From the IMG/VR virus record IMGVR_UViG_3300024999_000042: a stretch of 64,000 nucleotides of DNA. The stretch is one strand, 5' to 3'. Below are positions 49,055 through 60,236 of this stretch, in pieces. The position numbers and the translations under genes are program-made. Numbering within the stretch: position 1 is the stretch's first letter; each line of letters begins with the position of its first letter. Under the pieces are notes generated by a model. It was not told the DNA's origin. It did no database searches and saw only the letters and a program-made list of their open reading frames with translations. Source of the stretch: a virus.

Positions 49055-49740
49055 GTTTCTGTCCCTCCAGCATATTCAAAATCTAATGGATAACTGGTTG
49101 AGCTACATTTTACTTCGATTAAACAACTTTGGCTAAAGAACAGTGGCATTGTAGTAGCCATTATATTCCCCTTATCAGATATTATAGATTGGGGGAAATT
49201 TGCGTTATGCGGAATGCCGTGTATAGTAATGTCGTAAACACCTTTATCAAGTAAGCACATATACCCATTATATCTACCGCCTGATTCAGATTTCCCTTGT
49301 ATTTCCTCATATAACGCGATTCCATCAAGGGTTATCTTAAAATATCCCGTCACTGTTGCATCCGACCATCTTCCCAAATATCTACTTAAAAAACCTTTAC
49401 CTGTAATACTTAAAATAGGTTGATAGGTATTTACTAGCGTAGGAGTAAAACGGTTCCTATTACCAATGCCCTGCCCTGCTAAATTTCTGTATGTTGAAAA
49501 ATAGTGGTACTTGCTCCAATCCGTACCCCCAGTGTTAACCCTTATATCCTTTAATTTTGCATGAACACTACCAGTTGCGCTTGAAGGATCAGCATTACTA
49601 CCTAAATTTGCAACAATATTATCATATATTTGTTTTAGTCTAGCAAATAATGTAGTAGTTCCGCCAGCATCAACATTTGTCCCTACTTTAGTGTTTATAG
49701 TTTCTACTTGCGCTTTCGTTGGAAGTAATATCTCTGGCAT
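49051..49740 (-). CDS. short tail fibre/tip-like protein
   Basis: GTTTLFARLK, ATGSVHAKLK repeats; variable C-terminus. Confidence 0.55.
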   Translation of the reverse strand: MPEILLPTKAQVETINTKVGTNVDAGGTTTLFARLKQIYDNIVANLGSNADPSSATGSVHAKLKDIRVNTGGTDWSKYHYFSTYRNLAGQGIGNRNRFTPTLVNTYQPILSITGKGFLSRYLGRWSDATVTGYFKITLDGIALYEEIQGKSESGGRYNGYMCLLDKGVYDITIHGIPHNANFPQSIISDKGNIMATTMPLFFSQSCLIEVKCSSTSYPLDFEYAGGTET

Positions 49741-50007
49741 TTATACCACCGCCTCATAAATAAATGATAGTTCTCCGCTTACTGCTTTCCATCCGTACCT
49801 ATAAACTACTCCACCATCTGTAAACCGATGTGGCATAGTTTCCGCCTGATGTAGAGCAAGGGTATCAGAAACACCCTTCACTGTTTCAGTAGTTCGACCT
49901 TCTCCTGCTAAATTGTCTAGTCCACTTTGTAATGCTTTAGTATCTAATTCATTTATTAATCCTGAATTCAATTCATTATCTGAAATTCTTCCTTGACCTC
50001 TTGCCAT
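49741..50007 (-). CDS. small tail-fibre-related protein
   Basis: LAGEGRTTETVK...LALHQAE. Confidence 0.55.
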   Translation of the reverse strand: MARGQGRISDNELNSGLINELDTKALQSGLDNLAGEGRTTETVKGVSDTLALHQAETMPHRFTDGGVVYRYGWKAVSGELSFIYEAVV

Positions 50008-50109
50008 AATTTACCTCCTTAAATTATTAACCACTGATTATTTATCATAAAAAAGTTAGAAGAAATTAATCCTCTAACTTTTTCACAAAACCATATAAAA
50101 CTGTAACTT

Positions 50110-53100
50110 TTATTTCTTAGAATACTGAATCGCATAACTGTTGAGACCCTGAATCAACAAATCCACATCACCTCCAGATTTTATATTCGGAAATTCTAAC
50201 TTATCAATATTAAATGTATTGCTCACACTTTGACTAGTTTTACTAATTAAATTACTCGCTATATCTAATGGCTTAAAATTATTTAGCATATTTACCATCG
50301 GAATTTTACTCAAATCAAATCCATTAGGTATACTTTTAACTAAATCATATAATTTCTTTGCTTGACCTGAATTAAATATTACTTCGGATGATGAAGGAGT
50401 CCCGTGAAGCATCGCTAAACCAGTTTCTGTACTTACTCCCCCTTCAGCATATGATCCTGTAATTTTCCTTCTTATATTAGGATTAGATTGACCATACTGT
50501 AGGTTGTCTGTATTATCAACTGTTGAATTAGATGTATCTGAAACGACAACTGTAGTATTAACTGCTATGACATCTAATGGTGTATATGGTATATATTCAT
50601 CAGAAACAGGTTCTGGAGCAGTATTAGATGTATTTCCAACCACGGGAGCAGTTGATGTATCAGCAACAACAACTGGGGCTACTGGAGCAGTTTCATTTAC
50701 TGTTGTTATAGAATTTTGTGATTCAAAAATATCCTTATATGCCTGTTTTGCCTTTTCAGCCAACGATTCCATATTTCCAACATAAGTTGAATATGCACTA
50801 GAAATATTATTTAAATTAGTCTGAGTAGCATTATAAATATTATTCCATTCTGTTGAATTTTCTAATCCCATACCACCTAGATATTCTTGATTAAGGGTAC
50901 TCATAGCATTAGTAAATTCTTCCATGCTGGCATATTCACCATTTTGAGCCTTATCCATTATCGCCTTAACTTTATTTAAATATTTGCTCTTTTCAGAAAG
51001 TGCATTTTGATCTGCTGTATTTACTTGATCTTCCTCAAAATTTATTAATTCTATTCTCTTATTTGCTAATTCTTCTTGTGCTTGATCAATTGCAGTTTGA
51101 TCTGCAACATAAGTAAAATCCCATGTACCATCTGCATTCTTAGTCATTTGTTGAATGGTTTTTTGTTCCATAAGATTTTGTACTTTTAATTGCAATTGTT
51201 GAATATCAAGTTGTTTTTGCAATCGTTCAATTGAAGATTTCTCAATTTTTCCTTGAGTATTTAATAAAGCAGTTTGTTCAGCAGTTAAAATTAATCCTTC
51301 TGATTGAATTTGAGTTCTTATTTTACCAATTTCTAAATCTTTTTCAGCACCATCAAGATATTTGTCTTGTAAAGCAATTCTTTGATTTAAAGCATCTTGT
51401 GCTTCTTGCTCTGTACTACCATTGAAAATTGTTTTCTCAATTGATTCATATTGAGTATTAAATGCTTTTGCAAGAGTTTTATTCTCAAAATCTTCTGATG
51501 CTTCTATTAAACCTTTCATTGCTAATTCTGCTTCATTTAAATCAGTTGAATATTTCTCTAGTTTTTCAGATTTATCTTCAGCAGTTAAAGATGTATCTGC
51601 AATTGTTTCTGCGATTTTTTGTTTAATCTTATCAATTACAGAAGATTCTGCTTCCATTTGCTTGCCGATATTTTCTATACTACCTGCAAAATCATTTTCA
51701 TCAAGCAATTTTAATAGAGTTTCAAGATTAGATATGACATCTTTAAAAGGTTTTAATAAATTAGCATAATTAAGATTATCCATATCTTGCAAAGTTTGAT
51801 CAATTGTGTCCTGAATCTCTTTTGCACTAACTTTTGCATCTGCTAGTTTTTTCTTTAATCCATCTACAAAAGTTGCTTTATCCTCAGCGTTCATTTCAGG
51901 ATGTAATGTATCAACATTGTTAATTTGATCTTGAAGAATTACTTGTTCATTTACAAAATCTTTAAGTTTCGTATTAGCAATGTCTAATTTACCTTGCAAG
52001 TCATCATCATCAAGTAATTTATCAGCAAGGTCTAGTTTATCCAAATCGTCTGTCATGGGTTTTAATAAATTATCAACATTTAAATTAGCAATCTCTTGAT
52101 AAGTTTGAGCAATTACATCCTGAATTTCTTTTTCATTTACTTTTACTTCTCCTAATTTGCTTTTTAAACTAGCAATAAAAGTAGCTTTTTCTTGATCATT
52201 CATTTCAGGATGATATGTGTCAATATTATCAATTTGATCTTGAAGTTCAGATTGTTCATTAACAAAGGTTTTAAGTTTATCTTTTGCATTGTCTAATTTG
52301 CCTTGTAAATCGTCATCATCAAGTAATTTTTCAGCCAAGTCGAGCTTTTCCAAATTATTTGTCATAGGTCTTAGTTCTTTTTCCAAGTCTAGATTAGCGA
52401 TATCTTGAACAGTTTGAGAAATAGCGATTTTAGTATCTAGTAATCTTGAATTCACATCATCCAGCTTATCAGACGCTAGTTGATATTCTTCGGAATTTGC
52501 TAAAGCATTATTTAAATCAGCTTCAGTATAATTTGGATCTACAAGAGCCAAGTCTGATTTTACCCTATTCTTTGCATTCTTCTTATCTCTTTCTGCTTTC
52601 ACTTTTTCCAATTTGAGTGAAGATTGTTCGCCTTTTTCTGATTTTAAGATTTCCTGCTCAGTAGCTAATTGATCTTCAACGCTTGCGCCAATTAATTTTT
52701 GATAATCTAAAGTTTTTTGCAAATATGAGATTCTGTCTTCTTCAAGCTTTTGGACTTTCTCAAATCCTTCATACTCAGCCTCGAATCTTTCTTTTACTAA
52801 TTGTTTGATTGATAATTGAGCACTTTTTTCAGCTTCAAAATATGATTTAATTTTACCCAAAACATCTCTTGTGGTTGCATTGTCTTGATAAGTGCCGTCA
52901 TCATTTTGATATTTGGCAATAGATTCATATAATTTGTCAATATTTGTTGATGCAACAGTTATCGCTTCTTGATAAAGATCAATTTTTTGTTCAATATATT
53001 GTGAAGAATTTAAATTAGCCATTGCTTTTTGAGTTGCAATGAGTTTTTGGGTGTAATCGGTTCGGGTAGCATTTTGAGTATCAAGGATAGCTTGGTCTGA

Positions 53101-56100
53101 TTCCGCTTTTGTTACCAATTTCTCATTTTTAGATGCTTCTTTATCAAGTCCTCTTTGAGCAGATTCGACTTTTCTTTCAGCTTTTCTAGAACCTGCGTAT
53201 TCTGAACCAGAATACTTATCTATGATTGCCTGAAATTTATCAATCTTCTTATTTGAATTTTCTACTGCTTTATTGTCTGCATCGACTAGTTTTGAGGATT
53301 TGGAAATTACTTTAGTAAGATCAGTAATTGCTTCGGAAAATTCTTTTGCACTTGAGTTGAGAAAATCCATATCAGTGACATGGGAACCTGTGCCATCGGC
53401 ATATGCAGGGATTTTACCATTATTAGATTTTAGTATTTTTTCAGTTTCTGAATTAGGTGTTATTTGGGTTCCTTCTGGAAGATTTACTAATTCTGCTCCA
53501 TTATCACCAGATAAGTAAATTGATCCATTTGGAAGTTTTATTAATTCTCTACCTTTTTCTGAGATTATAGCTAATCCAGAGGGCGAAGAATTAGTTCCTT
53601 TTGCAAAACCTTCTGGCTTTTCTCCTTCTGCGGTTTGAACATAAATAGTATGAATAGAAGAAGTTGGTTGTTGTAACATTAATATTGCTTGCTGTGCTGC
53701 AATATCATCTAAATTTGCTGTGATAATGGTTTCATAATTTTTACTAATTAATGCTAATAATTTATCATCTGCAAGTTTTGTATCAGCATCAACAACAATA
53801 TTTTTCATAGATTCTTGAAGTTTATTGATTCCTTCAGTTGCTTCTGCTGTAATTTGAATTTTAGGAATTGCAAGGACTTCGATTGAAGCAGATTGAATTG
53901 CTTGCATTTTATTATTAAAATCTTCTTGGGATATTTCACCAGTAGAGAGTTTTAATTGAAGTGAATCTTGAGCATTTTTAGCAACATCAGATAATGTTTG
54001 AACTTGATCTTGAATTTGTTTATAATAGGATAAGATTTGATCTTTATTCTCAGGAGTAACTGCACCTAATGCAGTAATTTTTGATTTTAGGTCAGAGATA
54101 GTAGTATTAGCAAGAGATACTGCGTTTGTGAATTCGTTATTTATGAATTCAACGAAGGAGAGTGGAGGTTTATACGAGTAGAGGTCTTCATTAGGTTTAG
54201 GAATTTCGTCGATTGCCTCTTGAACTGTTTTATAATCGATGCGAGGGACAATCTCCATATCAATTTTAGGTACTGCTGAAGATATTCCACCTTTTGATAG
54301 TTGTTGTTCTTGGTCTACAGCATCAATTTTATCCATTATTTCTTGGAGATTTGCATCAGTAGATTCAAATAATTTTTCTTGTCTCATTTTATCTACGGAT
54401 TTAGCATATTCATCTTCTGCTTTTTTAGCATCTGCAGCTAATTTTGCAGACTGAACCATTAATTCATTAAACTTTTTCTGACCTTCTAATGTTGTTGGAT
54501 TACCTAATTTTGAGAGTTCTTCTTGGAGTTCTGAGATTGTTTCTGCCCATGTTTTTGTTGCAGAGACATTTTTCTTTATCCATAATTCAATGTCAAGGTT
54601 TTGGAAGGATTGGTCGAGTTTGGATGTTTCGGAGGATGATAGAGCTTGAGATTGTTCTTCTAGGGATTTTATTAGGTCTTCACGGGATTGTTTTGCGAAT
54701 GCTTTTTGGGTAATGAGGGTTTCTTCCATGGAAGATTTATTTGACATCCAAGCATTACGAAGTAATTGAAGTGAATCAAATGTTTCATCCATTATTTTAC
54801 GAGTATCTTCGGATGCTTTATTGTGTTCTTCTATAAAAGATGCGCTTTTCTGGTTGTCATTCCCAATGAACCATCTATCACTTACATTTCCAAATTGAGA
54901 TGATGCAGTTGAAATTGCAGAATCTTTTAGTTGATTTATTTTTGAACGAGCTGTTTGTAATAATTCCATTTCTGTTCTTTGTGATGCGATTAAAGAATTA
55001 GTAAGTTCAAGTGTTTTTGCATAATCTTTTTGGGATTGTGCTTGGGTTAGGTCTTTTTGGATTGAGTCTGATTTAGCTTTTTGGAGGAGGTATTCTTGTT
55101 GGATTTGGGTTATTAAGGCTTGGGTTGTGGACTCTATTGAGAGTTCTTGGGATTTGTCGTCTTTTTCTTTTTTATAAGGATTATAACTTCCGGAATTTGC
55201 TGCCGATTTTATATTACCTAACAATGCTTTCATTGCGTTGATTTTATCATCTACGCCATTATCTGCATTAAGTTGTGACTGTAAAGCATTTGCTTCTGCT
55301 CTTATCTTGTCTTCTTCATTAAGCCATATAGTTCCAGTGCTAGGGTTTAAAGTTGGTTTGCTTAAAAAAGTAGGAAGTGCATTAAGAGCATTATTTCTTT
55401 GTCTTATTGCTTCTGCTTCTGCTATAAGATTACTAATTCTTACTTTAGTTTGTTCAGCTTGATTAGTAGTAAATGTTTTTTCTGCCTCAAGAGCAGTTAT
55501 CATCCCATTGATACGAACATCTAACAAACCTTGAACTGCTTCTTTATTGAGTGTTAGTTGTCCATTTTCTACTTTCAATTGATCAATTAGTTCTGGATAT
55601 TTTGTAACTAAATCTACAATTGTTGATGCTGATAACTTTCCTGTCTCATTATATTCCTCCATGGCTTTTGAAACATCAGTTGCCACAGAAGTAACATCTT
55701 TGAGGCTATCAGCTAATTCTTTGGATGATACTGTCATGTCTTTTAGATTGGTTATTGTTTCTGGTGCATTATCTAATTTTATAGCATTATTAAAATATTT
55801 AATAATTTTAGTTGCTATATCTGCCTCAACACCATATTTATTTAAAGCAGATTCCATATCTTTAATATCTTCTTTTGCTTTTTCAGTAGTAGTTCCTTTA
55901 GTCATATCTTCAGATATTCTTTTAAATACTTCTGATACATCTGATTTACTGAATACTCCCATTACAGATAAAAGATCATTAAATCCTTTACCAGAATCGA
56001 AAGTTGCTTTTGATAAATTATTAATTAAACTTTGACTTAATTTATTAGATGACTCAGTAGATTGATCAAAAGCGTATGCTTCTTGAGATAATGTTTTTTG

Positions 56101-59100
56101 GATTTCAGAACTCTCACCTGTTAGTTTTGTTCTTTCTATAGATAATTCTGCTAAAGTTTTTTTATATGACTCTATTCTTTTATTATCTATAGTTATTCCT
56201 ATTACATCATCAGGATTAGCATTATCATAACTCTCCAAGTTAGCAATCTTATCATTTTGCTTTGTAATTTCTGCATTAATTTCTTTAATTCTATTTTGTT
56301 TGGTTAATATTTCATCATATTGATCTTTACCCATAGATTCAAATTTAGATGCTAATTCTTGTTGTTGAACAATTAATAAATCTTTTTTAGCTTGAGTTAA
56401 TTGCTTGACATATTCTATGTCAACTTCAATTGCTTTTCCTTCAGAATCTAGTTGAATTACAGAATCTCCAAAAAGTGCTGATAATTTTGCTGTTGTTGTT
56501 GCTAATTCTTCCTTTTCCTCGGTAGTTTTTCCTAACTTATCAAATAATTCTTCGTAAGAAGATATAAGAGAAGGTAATTCAGAAGTTTCTTGTTTTAAAG
56601 ATTGAATTGATTTTGTTAAAGTATCAAATGCTTCTTTTGCTTTTTCATCTGCATGAATCCAAGAATCAGCAAGATTCATTACTTTTCCAATTATGAACAT
56701 AAGAGCAACTGACAATCCTAATGTAGAAACTGCCTGAAATGCAGACATAGCAACTCTTGCTGCAATTGTCGAAGTTGTTAACGATCTCATTGCTGTGTTA
56801 ATTCCTGTAATAGCAACGCCTAATGCATTGGCCCATCCAGTCCTGCCCATTGCTGTTTGTTGCACAGTTGCCAAACGAATACTCGTTATATAACTTAAAA
56901 CTGATGTTTTTGCCATTTCAAAACCAACGATAAATGGATTTGCCCTCCAAGTGTTAGCATATCCACTAAATTGTCTCATAACTACTGCTGTTTCTAATAC
57001 AGACGCCTTAAATGCTAACATTGGAGCAATTAAAAATGACCTGCTCATAAATCCTTGGAATTTAGTGGAAAACAATGATGCGGTTAGGACAACTGTGGAT
57101 AATATTGTAGGTATTCCACCAATCACATCAGCAAATTTTGCAAAACCAGATATTACAACAGTTAAACCATCTACCATGTTTTTCCAAGTGTCAGTGTTTA
57201 TTGAATTCAAATAAAACAATTCCCACGCTGATGTCAATCTTTGAACGCTGGCGGCCAAAGAATTATTATATATTTCTTGTTTTTGTGCTGTTACGCCCTC
57301 GCTTTCTTGGGCAGCAGTAGTATTTTGTAGAACTTTGTCGTAATTAGTCATAAGTGATATGAAGGCATTTCTTCTATAAATTCCCGCTGCTGCGGTAGCT
57401 ATTGACTGACGTTCGACATCATTTAAAACCTTCCATTTTTCGCTAAGATTCGACAAAATATTTCCCATGGGTAAAATTGTATCAGAGGATGATTTAATTG
57501 CCACTCCAATGTCATTGAATTTCTTTTCGATACCTTTAAACTCTTCTGGATTTGATTCTTCACCTACGTTTGATATTCTACTGATAACGGTTCTCAATGC
57601 ATTGGCATTTTCACTTCCACTACGTCTCGTAACTTCGATCATTGTCGACAAAATTCCCGTTGTTTCGGCAATATTCAACCCTGCGTCTTTTGCCACGCTA
57701 CCAACAGTTCTTAATCCACTGGAAATTTCTGCCACACCTTTAGGGAAGTCCAATTGAAGCATCCGGGCCGCTCCAAGAATAGAATCTGTTACACCTGTAA
57801 TTTCATTTGCAGTTAAACGATATTGTGTCATTACCCCCATAAGTTCGTCACTGGTCTGCTCGATTCCCTGTCCAGTGATGGAACTAAGAGTTACCGCACT
57901 TCGGCTTTTAGTTAAAACCTCATCAATTGTAGAGGTGTACGTTCCGAATACAGCTATGGCTTTCATAACCGTATCTGTTGTTGCTCCCATTTCAGTTGCA
58001 AATTTATTTGCAGTATTAGTTATTTCGCTAAAAACTAAATTAGTGTCAGACATTTCCAACTGTAAATTTGTAAATAATTTACTTTGACCAGACATAAACT
58101 CAAATGACTCAGAAAGCTTATGTAGGCTAGACATTACTAGCGTAGATACTGCTATCCATAGAGGAAACCGTTGCAGGGCAACAGATGTGGCTTCTCCTAA
58201 TCCTATTTGTCTATTTGCTAAGTTACCTGTAGATGTACTTAAAGAATCCATTTGTCCTCTAAGCATATTATAATTTCCAGAAACACTCATTGTCTGAGTA
58301 TCATTAAGTTTATAAGTTTGAGTAACTTGTTGCATACCCGTACTCAATGTTTTTAATTTTGCATTCAACATCTCTAAATCAGGAACTAATTTTTGAGTCT
58401 TAAAATCAATAGGATTGCTTCCTGATTGCTGTTTAAGAACATTAAATTGAGTGGTAATGTTCTTTAGGTCACTAAAAGTTTTTTGTGCTGCAATCGTTGA
58501 TTGATTAAGTAAGTCTGGAACTTTTGTACTTGAGCCAATTTGCTGAAACGATTTACTTGCTTCGTCAAATTGATATTTCAGTCTTATAGTTTCATTCTGT
58601 GCATTTTTTAATACAGCAATTAATTTTCCAGCTTGATCATAATCATAACTAATTATTGTATTCCCTTTATATTGTCCAGCAGTAGTTAAACTATCTGCAA
58701 AAGTTTTTGCTTGTGCTAAAGAACCTGATCCTGGAGTAGCAACTGTATTTTGTCCCTGAACTTGAACCTTAATTACTGGTCTAAGTCCTTCTATCTGTTG
58801 TTTTAATTTTGTAATTTCAGAATTGGGGACACGTAAGGATATATCAATTTTCTTTCCATCAATCTTAGAGGTATCAAGTTTTAAATTTCCAAGTTTAAAA
58901 GATATTGACTCTATTTTACTCTTTAATTCTTTGGTAGTATTAGAAGGTATTTTAATATTATTTATTGATACATTATCTAATTTTATAGACATTTTTTCTA
59001 AGTTTGTTTTTATATTATTTAAAGAGGTTGAATCTATTTTGATATTGCTAATAGTAATTGGATTCGCTTTAACAAAATTTTGTAAACGTTCGATTGTAGT

Positions 59101-59163
59101 TTTAATTTCAGACTGATCATAATTAATTATTATTTTTGCACCAACAGTATATGTTGTTGTCAT
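50110..59163 (-). CDS. tape measure protein (3017 aa)
   Basis: TP901-like core (TRRSGSENANALRTVISRI, AGIYRRN); long helical body; tail position. Confidence 0.9.
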   Translation of the reverse strand: MTTTYTVGAKIIINYDQSEIKTTIERLQNFVKANPITISNIKIDSTSLNNIKTNLEKMSIKLDNVSINNIKIPSNTTKELKSKIESISFKLGNLKLDTSKIDGKKIDISLRVPNSEITKLKQQIEGLRPVIKVQVQGQNTVATPGSGSLAQAKTFADSLTTAGQYKGNTIISYDYDQAGKLIAVLKNAQNETIRLKYQFDEASKSFQQIGSSTKVPDLLNQSTIAAQKTFSDLKNITTQFNVLKQQSGSNPIDFKTQKLVPDLEMLNAKLKTLSTGMQQVTQTYKLNDTQTMSVSGNYNMLRGQMDSLSTSTGNLANRQIGLGEATSVALQRFPLWIAVSTLVMSSLHKLSESFEFMSGQSKLFTNLQLEMSDTNLVFSEITNTANKFATEMGATTDTVMKAIAVFGTYTSTIDEVLTKSRSAVTLSSITGQGIEQTSDELMGVMTQYRLTANEITGVTDSILGAARMLQLDFPKGVAEISSGLRTVGSVAKDAGLNIAETTGILSTMIEVTRRSGSENANALRTVISRISNVGEESNPEEFKGIEKKFNDIGVAIKSSSDTILPMGNILSNLSEKWKVLNDVERQSIATAAAGIYRRNAFISLMTNYDKVLQNTTAAQESEGVTAQKQEIYNNSLAASVQRLTSAWELFYLNSINTDTWKNMVDGLTVVISGFAKFADVIGGIPTILSTVVLTASLFSTKFQGFMSRSFLIAPMLAFKASVLETAVVMRQFSGYANTWRANPFIVGFEMAKTSVLSYITSIRLATVQQTAMGRTGWANALGVAITGINTAMRSLTTSTIAARVAMSAFQAVSTLGLSVALMFIIGKVMNLADSWIHADEKAKEAFDTLTKSIQSLKQETSELPSLISSYEELFDKLGKTTEEKEELATTTAKLSALFGDSVIQLDSEGKAIEVDIEYVKQLTQAKKDLLIVQQQELASKFESMGKDQYDEILTKQNRIKEINAEITKQNDKIANLESYDNANPDDVIGITIDNKRIESYKKTLAELSIERTKLTGESSEIQKTLSQEAYAFDQSTESSNKLSQSLINNLSKATFDSGKGFNDLLSVMGVFSKSDVSEVFKRISEDMTKGTTTEKAKEDIKDMESALNKYGVEADIATKIIKYFNNAIKLDNAPETITNLKDMTVSSKELADSLKDVTSVATDVSKAMEEYNETGKLSASTIVDLVTKYPELIDQLKVENGQLTLNKEAVQGLLDVRINGMITALEAEKTFTTNQAEQTKVRISNLIAEAEAIRQRNNALNALPTFLSKPTLNPSTGTIWLNEEDKIRAEANALQSQLNADNGVDDKINAMKALLGNIKSAANSGSYNPYKKEKDDKSQELSIESTTQALITQIQQEYLLQKAKSDSIQKDLTQAQSQKDYAKTLELTNSLIASQRTEMELLQTARSKINQLKDSAISTASSQFGNVSDRWFIGNDNQKSASFIEEHNKASEDTRKIMDETFDSLQLLRNAWMSNKSSMEETLITQKAFAKQSREDLIKSLEEQSQALSSSETSKLDQSFQNLDIELWIKKNVSATKTWAETISELQEELSKLGNPTTLEGQKKFNELMVQSAKLAADAKKAEDEYAKSVDKMRQEKLFESTDANLQEIMDKIDAVDQEQQLSKGGISSAVPKIDMEIVPRIDYKTVQEAIDEIPKPNEDLYSYKPPLSFVEFINNEFTNAVSLANTTISDLKSKITALGAVTPENKDQILSYYKQIQDQVQTLSDVAKNAQDSLQLKLSTGEISQEDFNNKMQAIQSASIEVLAIPKIQITAEATEGINKLQESMKNIVVDADTKLADDKLLALISKNYETIITANLDDIAAQQAILMLQQPTSSIHTIYVQTAEGEKPEGFAKGTNSSPSGLAIISEKGRELIKLPNGSIYLSGDNGAELVNLPEGTQITPNSETEKILKSNNGKIPAYADGTGSHVTDMDFLNSSAKEFSEAITDLTKVISKSSKLVDADNKAVENSNKKIDKFQAIIDKYSGSEYAGSRKAERKVESAQRGLDKEASKNEKLVTKAESDQAILDTQNATRTDYTQKLIATQKAMANLNSSQYIEQKIDLYQEAITVASTNIDKLYESIAKYQNDDGTYQDNATTRDVLGKIKSYFEAEKSAQLSIKQLVKERFEAEYEGFEKVQKLEEDRISYLQKTLDYQKLIGASVEDQLATEQEILKSEKGEQSSLKLEKVKAERDKKNAKNRVKSDLALVDPNYTEADLNNALANSEEYQLASDKLDDVNSRLLDTKIAISQTVQDIANLDLEKELRPMTNNLEKLDLAEKLLDDDDLQGKLDNAKDKLKTFVNEQSELQDQIDNIDTYHPEMNDQEKATFIASLKSKLGEVKVNEKEIQDVIAQTYQEIANLNVDNLLKPMTDDLDKLDLADKLLDDDDLQGKLDIANTKLKDFVNEQVILQDQINNVDTLHPEMNAEDKATFVDGLKKKLADAKVSAKEIQDTIDQTLQDMDNLNYANLLKPFKDVISNLETLLKLLDENDFAGSIENIGKQMEAESSVIDKIKQKIAETIADTSLTAEDKSEKLEKYSTDLNEAELAMKGLIEASEDFENKTLAKAFNTQYESIEKTIFNGSTEQEAQDALNQRIALQDKYLDGAEKDLEIGKIRTQIQSEGLILTAEQTALLNTQGKIEKSSIERLQKQLDIQQLQLKVQNLMEQKTIQQMTKNADGTWDFTYVADQTAIDQAQEELANKRIELINFEEDQVNTADQNALSEKSKYLNKVKAIMDKAQNGEYASMEEFTNAMSTLNQEYLGGMGLENSTEWNNIYNATQTNLNNISSAYSTYVGNMESLAEKAKQAYKDIFESQNSITTVNETAPVAPVVVADTSTAPVVGNTSNTAPEPVSDEYIPYTPLDVIAVNTTVVVSDTSNSTVDNTDNLQYGQSNPNIRRKITGSYAEGGVSTETGLAMLHGTPSSSEVIFNSGQAKKLYDLVKSIPNGFDLSKIPMVNMLNNFKPLDIASNLISKTSQSVSNTFNIDKLEFPNIKSGGDVDLLIQGLNSYAIQYSKK

Positions 59164-59177
59164 TAAACGTCACCACC

Positions 59178-59657
59178 TTATAATTTTTTAATTGCATCAC
59201 CTACAGCTTTGTTAATTAAGTTTAAAATATTATCAGAATTTTTTTCTATTGCGTTTTTCATAAATGGTCTTTGCAGAGTTTGATAAGGCCATTGTGATCC
59301 ATTCCATGAACCATAATCATACCCTATTCCACTTTCAACTATTTGAGCATATGGTTCTAACGGATTGTTGATATCATTCATATGATGACTTTTCGCTACA
59401 TCGTCATCCGAATAAACATCTATACTTATTCCATTTACATTCTTCTCTACAATAGATTTTGTTATAGATTTTTTAAGGTTTCCAGTTCTTTCGTATACTA
59501 AAGGATCGTATACAGCTAGAACATCAGAATCAATATGCTCTTTTACATCTTCAACCAATATTGTTCCAATAGTTTTTAACTGACTTGATAATTCTCTTTC
59601 GAATGTTTTGATTAAATCATTTGCTAAAAATGATATATCTTTTGGCAACTTTTTCAC
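59178..59657 (-). CDS. HK97 gp10-like tail completion protein
   Basis: YERTGNLKKS, VESG, RPFM. Confidence 0.7.
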   Translation of the reverse strand: MKKLPKDISFLANDLIKTFERELSSQLKTIGTILVEDVKEHIDSDVLAVYDPLVYERTGNLKKSITKSIVEKNVNGISIDVYSDDDVAKSHHMNDINNPLEPYAQIVESGIGYDYGSWNGSQWPYQTLQRPFMKNAIEKNSDNILNLINKAVGDAIKKL

Positions 59658-59729
59658 CGCCTTCGTTATATTTTCTTTACAAAAGCATATATTTTAGTAT
59701 ATAATTGTAAATAAAAAGGAGTTGATATT

Positions 59730-60236
59730 TTGATTAAAATAATATTAGCAACAATAATATTTATTATAGTAATGGTTATTGTGGAAATGATTAATGAACC
59801 GAAAGATAAGAAAGCAGAAAGAACAAGAATTACAAATCAAACTATAAAACCAATCACTTTAACTCATATAGATGGTTTATTAGGATATGGCAAAGGAGTA
59901 AAAGTAAAGTTTTCTAAAAATATAGAAAATATTATCATTGATAAAACTTATTCTATTCCTACAAAAAATATAGAATCAACAACATTTAATTCCTCCAAAG
60001 AACTTACTGAGCATCAAAATAGTGTTGTGGGAAGATCATTAGTCGGAGGACTCTTATTGGGGCCATTGGGTGCAGTTGTTGGGGGAATATCAGGTGTAGG
60101 AACACAAAAAGAAACAACAATGATGTGGACAATAACTATTAATTATAAAGAATATGGAAATAGTAAAACAGTTATATTTGCCACAGATGATGAATCTATA
60201 ATTCCAAGATTAAAAACTGCTCTAAATTCATATTGA
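59730..60236 (+). CDS. moron: membrane-anchored protein with its own promoter and terminator
   Basis: N-terminal TM; SVVGRSLVGGLLLGPLGAVVGG; TTTACA-N18-TATAAT upstream; hairpin at 60244-60272. Confidence 0.7.
   Translation: MIKIILATIIFIIVMVIVEMINEPKDKKAERTRITNQTIKPITLTHIDGLLGYGKGVKVKFSKNIENIIIDKTYSIPTKNIESTTFNSSKELTEHQNSVVGRSLVGGLLLGPLGAVVGGISGVGTQKETTMMWTITINYKEYGNSKTVIFATDDESIIPRLKTALNSY

Noticed and set aside
50504-59116. + strand ORFs within the TMP, and similar antisense ORFs in nrdJ, tnpB, thyA and 17484..17786
   Set aside because: Shadow frames of real genes or of origin DNA; no RBS or recognisable motifs
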